64,000 bases of DNA from an uncultured Gammaproteobacteria bacterium (GTDB taxonomy: Bacteria; Patescibacteriota; Patescibacteriia; Magasanikbacterales; GWA2-37-8): NCBI GenBank assembly GCA_964535515.1, contig CAZHTA010000001.1, forward strand, positions 49,707 through 113,706. The letters are read 5' to 3'. Within the stretch, counting starts at the first letter, position 1; each line of letters starts with the position of its first letter. The notes beneath the pieces were generated by a model. It saw only the letters and a list, made by a program, of their open reading frames with translations. It made no database searches and was not told the DNA's origin. This document shows, piece after piece, positions 1-10,400 of this stretch. Both the position numbers and the translations under genes were made by a program.

Positions 1-748
1 CTCTTCCAATATCGCCAGTACTTAAAACATTAATTGAAAGATCGTCGTGAAAATTTGCTACATTTTTAGGTAAGTAGTGAGAAAAATCAACGCTCGCAAT
101 TACCAAACTACCCATTGGTAAAACCTCATACAATTTCGAAGCTAACCCATCTACCAAATCATCATTTTTTACATTCTTAACTATCAAAGGAACAATTTCC
201 GTACTTGGCCAAGTGTTTTTAATAAACGCCGTTAAAGCACCAATACTATGTTCTTTGGTTAAAGCCGCGTCATCAAGACTAACCAAATTGCTCGATACTA
301 ATGAATCAATAATTTGTGAATTAGAAGACAAAACACCCACTTCTGTTTTCCATCCTAACTTGGAAGATAAAATAAAACTATTACCCGCTTGAAAATGATT
401 TGGTCCAATCACCACTACCACTGGTGGACGTAAATTTTTCATCACCCCAAAAACACCCGCCATATAATTACCAGCCACCAAATGATGTGGTAATACCAAT
501 GACATTATCGTGCCCGACGGTGCAATGGTTGGTCGTGGATAATCAAAAAAATCCTTGTACATCTCTTCTGGAGCAAAGATAGCCGGAATAACATCAGTTG
601 AATTTTGATTGACTGTTGCTGCTAAAACCGGTTCTGGCAATTCCTTGGTATATTTGCCAATTTCCGGACCAAACCAAAAACCCAAGGCTCCTGCACCAAA
701 AGCCAAGCAAACACTCAATATTAAAAAAGCTGCTTGTTTAAATCTCAT
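1..748 (-). CDS. AmmeMemoRadiSam system protein B / MEMO1-family protein with N-terminal membrane anchor (3' end runs off the window)
   Basis: Hand translation from ATG 748: MRFKQAAFLILSVCLAFG...VLPHHLVAG...VVIGPNH...EHSIG...IASVDFSHYLP; PHH, GPNH, EHS and SVDFSHY are MEMO1-family motifs. An in-frame ATG also lies at 757. Confidence 0.8.
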   Translation of the reverse strand, partial: MRFKQAAFLILSVCLAFGAGALGFWFGPEIGKYTKELPEPVLAATVNQNSTDVIPAIFAPEEMYKDFFDYPRPTIAPSGTIMSLVLPHHLVAGNYMAGVFGVMKNLRPPVVVVIGPNHFQAGNSFILSSKLGWKTEVGVLSSNSQIIDSLVSSNLVSLDDAALTKEHSIGALTAFIKNTWPSTEIVPLIVKNVKNDDLVDGLASKLYEVLPMGSLVIASVDFSHYLPKNVANFHDDLSINVLSTGDIGR

Positions 749-906
749 ATATCCCATATTTTACTCTAAAAAAAGATAAAAAACAACCCTTTAAAACCGT
801 GCTTCTAACAAAAACCTACCACGCATTCTCCCTTCTCTTTCTCCAATAATTTTAGAGAAAAAGAAGGCGGCATGGTAGGCTCTGTCGATAACATTCGCCG
901 CCCTTC

Positions 907-1122
907 TTACTCATACTTTGGCCTGAGATAGCCACAGTGCGGACACTTCTCGATCGACGAGAGGTGGATACGAGTAAGAGTTGCACACCCACAGATCCAC
1001 AACCTGCAGACGTGGGTTTCCCACTTACCGTGTTTAACCGCACTTTTCCCTCCTCCGAGCAAACGGGCGATGATCTCATCCACCGAGGGCGACACCTTGT
1101 CTTTCCCTTGTGTGTCGGTCAT
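907..1122 (-). CDS. Small hypothetical protein with putative zinc ribbon (CxxxxCxC...CPHC)
   Basis: 71-aa ORF with strong RBS AAAGGAGG a few nt upstream of ATG; C-terminal CPHCG. Confidence 0.6.
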   Translation of the reverse strand: MTDTQGKDKVSPSVDEIIARLLGGGKSAVKHGKWETHVCRLWICGCATLTRIHLSSIEKCPHCGYLRPKYE

Positions 1123-1186
1123 TTTGTCCTCCTTTGGACAAGATGGTTATCTGCCTCTACCTTAGTCCAAAAAGAAATGACTGTCA

Positions 1187-1347
1187 AACAAAATAAAAAC
1201 ACGAACGCCGCCCCGGGTGGGACGGCGGTGTTTCTGGAATTTAGAAAGACAGGACAATGTCCACGATGGACATCAGGATGGCAGTGCCGGCGGGGATATA
1301 GAAATTATCCCATTTACCGCCTAACACCTCAAAGACAGGGGCAGAGC
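1187..1347. repeat. 161-bp direct repeat, copy 1 (duplicated 3' end and terminator of the 2726..3418 gene)
   Basis: Aligns ungapped with 2672..2832 (offset 1485); two mismatches (1319/2804, 1324/2809), both synonymous in the gene frame. Confidence 0.95.
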
Positions 1348-1403
1348 CTCGAGGAATAGAATCATTTAAAAACACAACTCCCGTCATAAAGACGAGAGCA
1401 TGA

Positions 1404-1531
1404 AGAGACTAGCTGCACGCGAACCGATCGTTGCTGTTCCAGTCGTTGCTCTCCCAATTGAAGTTCAGCACCCAGCGATCGCCGTTGAAGTAGAGGTAAG
1501 CGACATGGCGATTACCGTCCGAGTTGCGCAA
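1404..1531 (-). mobile_element. DGR template repeat (TR)
   Basis: Ungapped match to 1894..2021 (offset 490). 16 of 17 mismatches fall on minus-strand adenines of this copy. Asn (AAC/AAT)-rich frame LRNSDGNRHVAYLYFNGDRWVLNFNWESNDWNSNDRFACS*. Confidence 0.95.
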
Positions 1532-1883
1532 AATATGCAATGCGTCTTCCGTGACACCACCCATCGAATACTCTCCGGGTTGAATAGAATTTGAAGACGT
1601 GATCTCCCTAACACATCACACCGAGTATCTTCATTTTATCACTTCAATCTTACTCTGCAGCAAGCCTTGGCCGACCACATTCCGAAGTTTGAAATGACGA
1701 GATTCTACACGCCCAAATCGTAACCAGGGCAGTGTCTGTAAAATCTGAATTAATTTTATCAAAATTTGACATAAAAGCAAAGACCCCCGTCCCAACATCC
1801 ACCTTGTGAGTGAACGCCGAGACGAGGGTCTGAGGAACCGAGGACCGGACAGTTGACGCCGAAGCGCCGAGTGTCCGAGTGAC

Positions 1884-2438
1884 CTAGGTTCCGAGAGACT
1901 CGCTGCACGCGAACCGATCGTCGCTGTACCAGTCGAAGCCCTCCCAAGAGAAGTACAGCACCCAGCGAACGCCGTCGAAGAAGAGGTAAGCGACATGGCG
2001 ACCACCGCCCGAGCCGCGCAACTTCGTGCCGGGCAACACAATGTATTTGCCCTGCATTTCCGTCGGGATCAGCTCGTCCTGGTGGTCGACCAAGTACTGG
2101 CCGTCGACCAGGCCGTAGTTGCCCTTCAGCACCACGGCGAGCCTGCGCATCGCCTTGGTGTTGCAGGACTCACCGGACTTGCAGAAGGGGACGAACGTGA
2201 TCTTCTTGCCCACGAAATCCGAGGGCTCGACGTCGTCCTCGACCGTGTACCCGTACTGGGCGGCGATGGCGTCGGACGGGAACGAGGGACGAGGCAGCTT
2301 CGTAACGGGCTGAGACGACACCCGCTCGACGATGAGCTTGCACTCACCGCGGAGTGCGGCGCGCGCGACATCCGTGCCGCCGAGCATGTTGAGGAGCGCC
2401 TCATCCTCTCCTCGACTCCAATCACTGTACTTTCCCAT
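1884..2438 (-). CDS. DGR target (variable) protein, probable C-terminal CLec-like ligand-binding region
   Basis: 184-aa ORF whose last ~45 codons are the VR (LRGSGGGRHVAYLFFDGVRWVLYFSWEGFDWYSDDRFACS). Confidence 0.9.
   Translation of the reverse strand: MGKYSDWSRGEDEALLNMLGGTDVARAALRGECKLIVERVSSQPVTKLPRPSFPSDAIAAQYGYTVEDDVEPSDFVGKKITFVPFCKSGESCNTKAMRRLAVVLKGNYGLVDGQYLVDHQDELIPTEMQGKYIVLPGTKLRGSGGGRHVAYLFFDGVRWVLYFSWEGFDWYSDDRFACSESLGT
1894..2021 (-). repeat. DGR variable repeat (VR)
   Basis: Differs from TR at TR adenines, giving 12 amino-acid changes; one non-A mismatch near the 3' end (1411/1901) consistent with an IMH/IMH* difference. Confidence 0.95.
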
Positions 2439-2671
2439 TTCGTGGACTCTCTTTCAGGGCTGAAAGCCCGAAAAGCAATTTGCCCCTGCCCGGGGCCCAG
2501 GTCTCCCTCTCATGAGAAGAGCTTTTGTGCCACTTATGAAAAATGACACCAAAGTTCTTCTGATGATTTTAACTAATTTGTTCACTAATTATATAAAGAA
2601 CCGCTTATTCTAAATCCTAGAATAACAAGAAATTATAGCAAAAAACAGAGAATTTGTCAAACTTCCCCACC

Positions 2672-2832
2672 AACAAAATAAAAACACGAACGCCGCCCCG
2701 GGTGGGACGGCGGTGTTTCTGGAATTTAGAAAGACAGGACAATGTCCACGATGGACATCAGGATGGCAGTGCCGGCGGGGATATAGAAATTATCCCATTT
2801 ACCACCTAGCACCTCAAAGACAGGGGCAGAGC
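2672..2832. repeat. 161-bp direct repeat, copy 2 (gene 3' end plus GC hairpin terminator)
   Basis: See copy 1; contains the hairpin CGCCGCCCC/GGGACGGCG with a U-tract on the minus strand. Confidence 0.95.
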
Positions 2833-3418
2833 ACACGCCTACCGTATACACGGTTACAACATGCCAGAACCCCAGTTCCACAGGAAAGAGCGGTGTAGCA
2901 AAGTGGTAGACCCCCACCCAGATTGCAGCGATGATTCCAACCCCCAATCCGAACAGCATGCCCCCGCGCGACTTACCGTTTTTAAAACGGGGCCCCATGG
3001 GAAAACGCTTGCCCAGCTTAGAGATCGGATCTACTACCCCCAACAGCAACCCAGCCAGCGCACAGATCCAGCGTGGACAGAAAACCCAAGCCACTGTACA
3101 CCCGAGAATCGTCTGAAGGGTAGTAGTCAAATCACCGCTCTTCTCGTTGTCCCTTGTGAAATGACTCACAAAGGCCGTGACCCGGTCAGCCCAGACAGCC
3201 GAGCTACGTTGCGCTGTCTTTCTAACCACCTCGACGGCAGAGAAGACAGACGCCACGATAATCAAAGCCGCCCAAACCACCTGGTTGCCATAGAACAACG
3301 GGTGGAGCACCAGCCAGGCCGAAAGCCCGACCAAGAAGTGGAGCAACCCGCGCTTCACTTCTGTCCCTGTCGACCACTTACCCCAATGGGTGAGGTGGTC
3401 TTGCCATTCCTTTTTCAA
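2726..3418 (-). CDS. Dolichol/phytol-kinase-like (cytidylyltransferase family) integral membrane protein
   Basis: Multi-TM; motifs RxxxH (RGLLH), DP..G..F, GKSxGG, DNxxIP; TTG start with RBS GGGGAGG. Confidence 0.7.
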   Translation of the reverse strand: MKKEWQDHLTHWGKWSTGTEVKRGLLHFLVGLSAWLVLHPLFYGNQVVWAALIIVASVFSAVEVVRKTAQRSSAVWADRVTAFVSHFTRDNEKSGDLTTTLQTILGCTVAWVFCPRWICALAGLLLGVVDPISKLGKRFPMGPRFKNGKSRGGMLFGLGVGIIAAIWVGVYHFATPLFPVELGFWHVVTVYTVGVCSAPVFEVLGGKWDNFYIPAGTAILMSIVDIVLSF

Positions 3419-3484
3419 TTCCTCCCCCTTTAAGATAAATGATCTGATTCAGTTTTATCACACTGCTCAAAAAAAATCAAGATT

Positions 3485-3515
3485 AAAAAAGACCCCGATT
3501 TTTTCGAGGTCTTTT
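3485..3515 (-). terminator. Intrinsic terminator after rpoC
   Basis: AAAAGACCCCGA-loop-TCGAGGTCTTTT inverted repeat with A/T tails. Confidence 0.7.
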
Positions 3516-3535
3516 ACAAATATTGTATATTTTGA

Positions 3536-6500
3536 TTACTGTTTAAAACCAGTACCGGCTGGAATTAAACGACCGATAATCACATTCTCTTTCAAACCTT
3601 CCAAGTAGTCAACTTTACCGGTAATGGCGCTGTTGATCAATACTTTAGCGGTCTCTTGGAACGAAGCTGAAGACAAGAAACTCTGAGTGGAAAGCGCAAC
3701 GCGAGAGATGCCTAAAAGCAATTCTCGAGCAGTTGCTAAAGTACCACCATTTTTCTTGGCCAATCGATTGGCAAACTCTAACTGAGATTTTTCTACCACT
3801 TCACCTGGCAACAACTCAGTTTCACCCGCATCTTCTACGTATACACGCGAGAACATTTGTTTGATCAAAAGCTCTACGTGTTTGTCGTTCACTTTCTGAC
3901 CTTGAGAGGAGTAAATATTCTGAATCTCTTCCAATACATAGCGTTGTACTGCTGGCCGACCAGAAAGCTCAAACAATTCTTGCAAACTAATACTGCCATT
4001 TGTCATGCGCTGTCCTTTTTCCGCGACATCACCTTCTTTGACTAACATCTTGTACCCGGTTGGCACGATGTATTCACGTATTTTTGGACCGACGTAAGAC
4101 AAAGTAATATTATTCTTAACAATTTTTACCTCACTGGTATATTTAGCAGTTACTTCTTCGCCAGTAGCACCACGCACTACTATCACCTGATCTTTTTGAA
4201 CAGTATCACCATCTTTAGCCATCACTTCGTCTTCAGCAGTAACCTTGATCTTTGTTTCATCCATACCTTCAAAGTGAACACGGATGATTTTCTGACCACG
4301 ACGACCTTCAAAAATCTTTTTACCACTAGCAGAAGTAACAATTTTTCCATCGGCATCTTCTACTTCAATCTTACCCGCTACCTCAGACAAAATTGCCTTG
4401 TGCTTTGGCATGCGATTTTCAAATAACTCTTCAACGCGTGGCAAACCTTGGGTAATATCGCCTCCACCAGCCACACCACCGGCATGGAAAGTACGCAAAG
4501 TCAACTGAGTACCTGGTTCACCGATAGACTGAGCAGCAATCGTACCTACCGCTGTACCAAATTCTACTGGACGGTTATGAGCCAAATCATTACCATAGCA
4601 CTTACGACAAACACCCTTTGGTAATTTACATTGCAAAACACTACGCACATGAACTGACTCAAGTTTGTTATCATCAATCAAACGAGCAGCTTCGTCGATA
4701 ATCACCTCACCAGTTTTAACAATCGTCTTACCATCAGCTATTACATCAGCTAAAGCATAACGACCCCAAACACGATCAGATAATTTTTCACCCATCTGCT
4801 TAGATTGTTCAACAGTAAATATTTCACCAGTAGTATCGCCACAGTCATCTTCCAAAACAACAACATCTTGAGATACATCTACTAAACGACGAGTTAAGTA
4901 ACCAGCATTAGCCGTGCGAAGCGCCGTATCAGACAAACCTTTTCTCGTACCGTGAGAAGAGATGAAATATTCCAATACATCAAAACCATCTTTGTAGTTA
5001 CCTTTTACTGGCAGCTCGATAACATCACCGGATGGTGATACCACCAAACCTTTCATACCGATGACCTGACCTAACTGACCCCAGGTACCACGCGCGCCTG
5101 AATCAATCATCGCAAACACTGGACCATTCTTGTCCAAAATCTCTTGGTTATGTGCCAAGATTTTTTCTTTAGCCGTAGTCCAGATTTCCAAAATCTTAGC
5201 ATAGCGCTCAGCTTGAGTTAACAAACCTTCTTGATATTGGTCTTCCAACTCACGAATCTGTTTGTCAGCCCCTTCCAAAATCGCTGGCTTTTCTACCACT
5301 GGTGGAAAATCAGCAAAGCCTAAAGAGTAACCAGATTTAGTAACATAGCGGAAACCAAGATTTTTCAATTCATCCAAGAAGTAAGCAGTTTCCTGTTGAC
5401 CATAGTACTCAAGACAATAACGGATGATCTCGGCCAATTTTTTAGTGTTAATAGTCTCGTTGTAATATTTTAATTTTTCCGGCAAAATTTCATTAAACAA
5501 GACGCGACCAATTGTAGTCTCGATTAATAATTTATCACCTTCAGCAAATTTATTCTTTGCTTCCACGATTTTAACATTAATACGTTCGTGCAAATCAATA
5601 CGTCGGACTTTGTAAGCCAACTTAGCATCACGCTCAGAGTAAAAATATTTCTTTACTTCACCAACGTCTTTGCTTTCCGTACGAGTTAAATAGTAACAAC
5701 CCAAAGCAATATCCTGTTTAGGAGTAATAACCGGCTGGCTAGTAGCAGGTTTCAAAAGATTCTTTTCTGCAGCCATTAGGTTATCTGCTTCCCAACGTGC
5801 TTCTGCGGTTAAAGGCAAATGCACAGCCATCTGATCGCCGTCGAAATCAGCGTTAAACGCTGTACAAACCAACGGATGCAAATGAATGGCCTTACCTTCT
5901 ACGAGACGAGGGTGGAAAGCTTGGATACCAAGACGATGCAAAGTAGGAGCACGATTCAAGAATACACGAGTAGTTCTAGTTAATTCTTCCAAAATATCCC
6001 ACACTTCATCATGTTCGCCTTCAATGAAACGAGAAGCCGAACGAACATTGTGCGCTAATTCACGTTTGATAATCTCACCGATGATAAACGGTTTGAAAAG
6101 TTCCAAAGCCATGCGTTTTGGCAAACCACATTCATCAATATTTAAAGTTGGGCCAACTACGATTACGGAACGGCCAGAGTAGTCAACACGTTTACCAAGC
6201 AAGTTCTGACGGAAACGACCCTGTTTACCTTTCAAGATATCAGCTAAAGAACGCAACTGACGTTTTTGACCAGTAGCGGCGATAACCGTTTTAGAATGAC
6301 GTGCGTTGTTATCAATCAAAGCATCAACTGCTTCTTGCAACATACGCTTCTCATTACGACAGATAACCTCAGGAGCATCCAATTCTAACAAACGACGTAA
6401 ACGATTGTTGCGGTTAATTACGCGACGATACAAATCGTTCAAATCAGAAGTAGCAAAACGACCACCATCTAACGCAACCATCGGACGTAAATCTGGCGGG

Positions 6501-7414
6501 ATCACTGGGATACAACGCATAATCATCCACTCTGGACGAATACCATTAACCGCTAAACTCTTTAATAATTTCTTACGACGAACCAAGCGCTCTAATTTAG
6601 CACCTTTAGATTTTTCCTGTTCAGTAGCAATCTGCTTGATTGTCTCTTCTAAATTAATTCTTTCGAGCAAACGATAAACACCTTCAGCACCAATCGCAGC
6701 TTCAAACAAATGACCAAAGCGTAAAGAAAGATCTTGATATTTATTCTCGGAAATAACCTTCATCATCTGAACCTCTTTCAAATCTTTGTCTGCCTGTTGG
6801 AAATCTTCTTCCAAAGATTTGTTTTTACGTTCGGTTTCTTCTTGAATAGCATTCAACGCTTCTTTGCCTAACTTCTGATCATTAGCATTTTTAATTGCTG
6901 TTTCATGATCACGCTCAATCTGTTTCTTTTTTGTTTTAAATTCTTGACGCAACAAATCAATTGTCTGCTTCTTGGCGTTCTCGTCAACATGCATGATGAT
7001 AAAAGCAGCAAAGTAAATAACTTTCTCTAATGCTTGTACCGACATGTCTAACACCAAACCAACTTTGGAAGGAACAGAACGTAAGAACCAAATATGCGAT
7101 ACTGGAGCAGCCAACTCAATATGGCCCATACGCTCACGACGAACGAGAGAAGTAGTTACTTCTACGCCGCACTTATCACAAACAATTCCTTTGTAACGGA
7201 TCTTCTTGTATTTTCCACAGTAACATTCCCAATCTTTGGTTGGACCAAAAATTTCTTCCGCAAACAAACCACCTTTTTCTGGTTTTTGTGTGCGATAGTT
7301 AATAGTCTCTGGTTTGTTCACTTCACCATATGACCATTCCCGAATTGTTTCAGGAGATGCCAAACGCAAGCGAATGGCGTCGAAGTCTATGGAACGAATA
7401 AGGTCTCGATTCAT
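3536..7414 (-). CDS. rpoC: DNA-directed RNA polymerase beta' subunit
   Basis: NADFDGDQM catalytic motif, KPETINYRT, N-terminal Zn-finger cysteines. Confidence 0.99.
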   Translation of the reverse strand: MNRDLIRSIDFDAIRLRLASPETIREWSYGEVNKPETINYRTQKPEKGGLFAEEIFGPTKDWECYCGKYKKIRYKGIVCDKCGVEVTTSLVRRERMGHIELAAPVSHIWFLRSVPSKVGLVLDMSVQALEKVIYFAAFIIMHVDENAKKQTIDLLRQEFKTKKKQIERDHETAIKNANDQKLGKEALNAIQEETERKNKSLEEDFQQADKDLKEVQMMKVISENKYQDLSLRFGHLFEAAIGAEGVYRLLERINLEETIKQIATEQEKSKGAKLERLVRRKKLLKSLAVNGIRPEWMIMRCIPVIPPDLRPMVALDGGRFATSDLNDLYRRVINRNNRLRRLLELDAPEVICRNEKRMLQEAVDALIDNNARHSKTVIAATGQKRQLRSLADILKGKQGRFRQNLLGKRVDYSGRSVIVVGPTLNIDECGLPKRMALELFKPFIIGEIIKRELAHNVRSASRFIEGEHDEVWDILEELTRTTRVFLNRAPTLHRLGIQAFHPRLVEGKAIHLHPLVCTAFNADFDGDQMAVHLPLTAEARWEADNLMAAEKNLLKPATSQPVITPKQDIALGCYYLTRTESKDVGEVKKYFYSERDAKLAYKVRRIDLHERINVKIVEAKNKFAEGDKLLIETTIGRVLFNEILPEKLKYYNETINTKKLAEIIRYCLEYYGQQETAYFLDELKNLGFRYVTKSGYSLGFADFPPVVEKPAILEGADKQIRELEDQYQEGLLTQAERYAKILEIWTTAKEKILAHNQEILDKNGPVFAMIDSGARGTWGQLGQVIGMKGLVVSPSGDVIELPVKGNYKDGFDVLEYFISSHGTRKGLSDTALRTANAGYLTRRLVDVSQDVVVLEDDCGDTTGEIFTVEQSKQMGEKLSDRVWGRYALADVIADGKTIVKTGEVIIDEAARLIDDNKLESVHVRSVLQCKLPKGVCRKCYGNDLAHNRPVEFGTAVGTIAAQSIGEPGTQLTLRTFHAGGVAGGGDITQGLPRVEELFENRMPKHKAILSEVAGKIEVEDADGKIVTSASGKKIFEGRRGQKIIRVHFEGMDETKIKVTAEDEVMAKDGDTVQKDQVIVVRGATGEEVTAKYTSEVKIVKNNITLSYVGPKIREYIVPTGYKMLVKEGDVAEKGQRMTNGSISLQELFELSGRPAVQRYVLEEIQNIYSSQGQKVNDKHVELLIKQMFSRVYVEDAGETELLPGEVVEKSQLEFANRLAKKNGGTLATARELLLGISRVALSTQSFLSSASFQETAKVLINSAITGKVDYLEGLKENVIIGRLIPAGTGFKQ

Positions 7415-7438
7415 ATAATTAAAGGGTTAGTAGTTGAT

Positions 7439-10400
7439 TTAAACTGCTGGTGGTGGAACTGGACCACCACTTTGCATGTCATCCTTGTTCTCACCCTCTA
7501 CTGTTTCTTTAGCAACTACATACTCACCCGAATCAGAACGTTTCAATAATTCGACATCTAAACCTAGACCTTTAAGTTCGCGCACCAACACATTGAAAGA
7601 TTCAGGAATGTTGACACGACTAATTTGTTCACCTTTAACAATGGCCTCATAGGCTTTAGAACGGCCGGGCACATCATCAGATTTGATTGTTAAAATTTCT
7701 TGCAAAGTATGAGCGGCGCCGTATGCTTCCAATGCCCAAACTTCCATCTCACCAAAACGCTGGCCACCAAATTGCGCTTTACCACCCAATGGCTGTTGCG
7801 TAATTAAAGAGTATGGACCAATTGAACGCTGGTGGATCTTGTCTTCAACCATATGGTTCAACTTCAACATGTAGTTGTAACCAACGGTAATTTTGTGATC
7901 AAATGGTTCACCGGTTCTGCCGTCAAACAAACGTACTTGGCCATCTACCGGCAATCCGGCTTTGATTAACTCATCACGAATTTGATCTTCACTTAAACCA
8001 TTTAAAACTGGAGTAGCGATTTTGTATCCTAGTGCATTCGCAGCTAAACCTAAATGGGTTTCCAAAATCTGACCCAAGTTCATACGAGAGATAACACCAA
8101 GTGGTGACAAGATAATATCAATTGGGGTTCCGTCTTCGAGGAATGGCATGTCAGCCATTGGCACAACGCGTGAAATCACACCTTTGTTACCATGACGACC
8201 GGCCATTTTATCACCCACCTGAATTTTTCTCATGTCTGCCACCTTTACTTGAACTTGCTTAATTACACCTGGTTCCAATTTATCACCGGCTTCTTCGGAA
8301 AATACTTGAACACCGATTACTTTTCCATGTTCACCGTGTTCAAGATACAATGAAGAGTCACGCACATCGCGTGCTTTTTCACCGAAGATTGCGCGTAACA
8401 ATCTTTCCTCAGCAGATAATTCAGTCTCACCCTTTGGTGTGATTTTACCAACTAAAATATCACCGGATTTTACTTCAGCACCAATTCGGACAACACCTTC
8501 AGAATCCAAATTCTTTAATTTTTCTTCACTCACATTTGGAATATCAGAAGTTACAACTTCTGGGCCAAGCTTGGTTTCACGTACGTCGATTGTATAGTCT
8601 TCAATATGAATTGAAGTGTAGCGATCACTCTGTACTAAACCTTCAGAAAAAATTACCGCATCTTCGTAGTTGAAACCATCCCAAACCATGTAAGCAACCA
8701 ATACATTCTGACCCAAAGCCAATTCACCATTGTGAATACTTGGACCATCGGTTAAATATTGTCCCTTCTTTACTTTGTCGCCTACTTTAATTTCTAAATG
8801 TTGGTTAATACAAGTAGCTGCATTAGAACGGACAAACTTGTTTAATTGATAAGTATACAAATCACCTTTCTTGCCTTTCAAAACAATGTGACCACCGTCA
8901 GCTTCTACAATCTCACCATCTTCACTAGCAATAATCATGTGACCAGAATAGTGAGCAGCAGCTTTCTCTGCACCTGTACCAACCAATGGTGGCTCCGGTC
9001 GAATACAAGGAACAGCCTGACGCTGCATGTTTGTACCCATGAGGGCGCGCTGGCCATCATCATGTTCCATGAAAGGAATACAAGCTGTAGCCACACTAAC
9101 GATCTGACTAGAAGATACATCTAAATAATCCAAATCAATAGTTGCGGCGGTGCCTGGATTACCATGCACACGTGCCGGCACCATCTCATCAAGAAAATAT
9201 CCATTTTCATCAGTTCTAGTTTTAGCAGAAGCCGTCATTACTTTTTCTTCTTTAAAAGCAGAAAGATAAATAATCTCATTGGTTACACGTGGACGTACCG
9301 GAATTTTTTGTAATTTTGCTTTTGCTAATTTAGCGGCTATCTCTTTGGTAATTTTTGTACCATCCTTTACACCTTCGATATCACCACGCAAAATTTCACC
9401 TTCCAAAAATTCTGGCTTGTTTTCTACCTCACGCAAAACTTTGCGATATGGAGTTTCAATAAAACCAAATTCATTGATACGAGCAAAACTAGATAAGTGG
9501 TTAACCAAACCAATGTTCGGTCCTTCTGGAGTAGCAACTGGACAGATACGGCCATAGTGAGTGGTATGCACATCACGAACTTCAAAACTAGCGCGGTCAC
9601 GAGACAAACCACCTGGACCCATAGCAGACAAACGACGTTTGTGTTCTAACTCTGACAATGGGTTGTGTTGATCCATGAACTGTGACATTTGTGAACTCAT
9701 GAAGAACTCGCGAATCGCACTAGTTACTGGACGAGAGTTAATTAAACGATTCGGTGTTACCTGCTCCATGTCATAAGTACTCATACGATCCTTAGCAACA
9801 CGTTCCATACGAGCCAAACCAACACGGAAACGATTCTGTACTAATTCACCAACGGCACGAACACGACGGTTGCCTAGATGATCAACATCATCTGGTTCTT
9901 CTTGAGTAACATTCAATCGAATTACTTCTTTTAAAACTGCCAACAATTTGTCAGCTGACAAAACACGATTCTCTTTTTTATCATAATCTTCGTGCTGACT
10001 TGGAATATCAAATTTACTGTTGAATTTATAAACACCAACGCGACCCAAATCATATCTTTCAAAATTGAAAAACATTGCTTCGATCAAACTCTTAGCATTG
10101 TCAGCGGTTGCTAAATCACCCGGACGAATTCTTTTGTATACTTCGATAAAACCTTCGCTTTGATTCTTTGCTAAATCTTTTTTAATTGTTGCGTCCAAGA
10201 AATCAATATTTGGATGGTTGTTTACATCTTTAAAAAGCTCTTTCATCTTCTCATCATCCTCATAACCAAAAGCACGCAAGAGTGAAGTTGCGGCTACTTT
10301 ACGTTTACGATCAACCTTAATCCAAAGGGCATTGTTAGAATCAGTTTCTACTTCAATCCAAGCACCGCGATTCGGAATAATCTTAGCACCGTAATATCGG

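Noticed and set aside
937-1359. ORFs 937..1359 and 2713..2898 sharing identical peptide
   Set aside because: The identity simply reflects the 161-bp repeat read antisense
1631-2041. 136-aa ORF between VR and TR as avd; also plus-strand ORFs 1400..1594 and 1995..2546
   Set aside because: They overlap VR/TR/target in other frames, show no Avd-like motif and have no RBS
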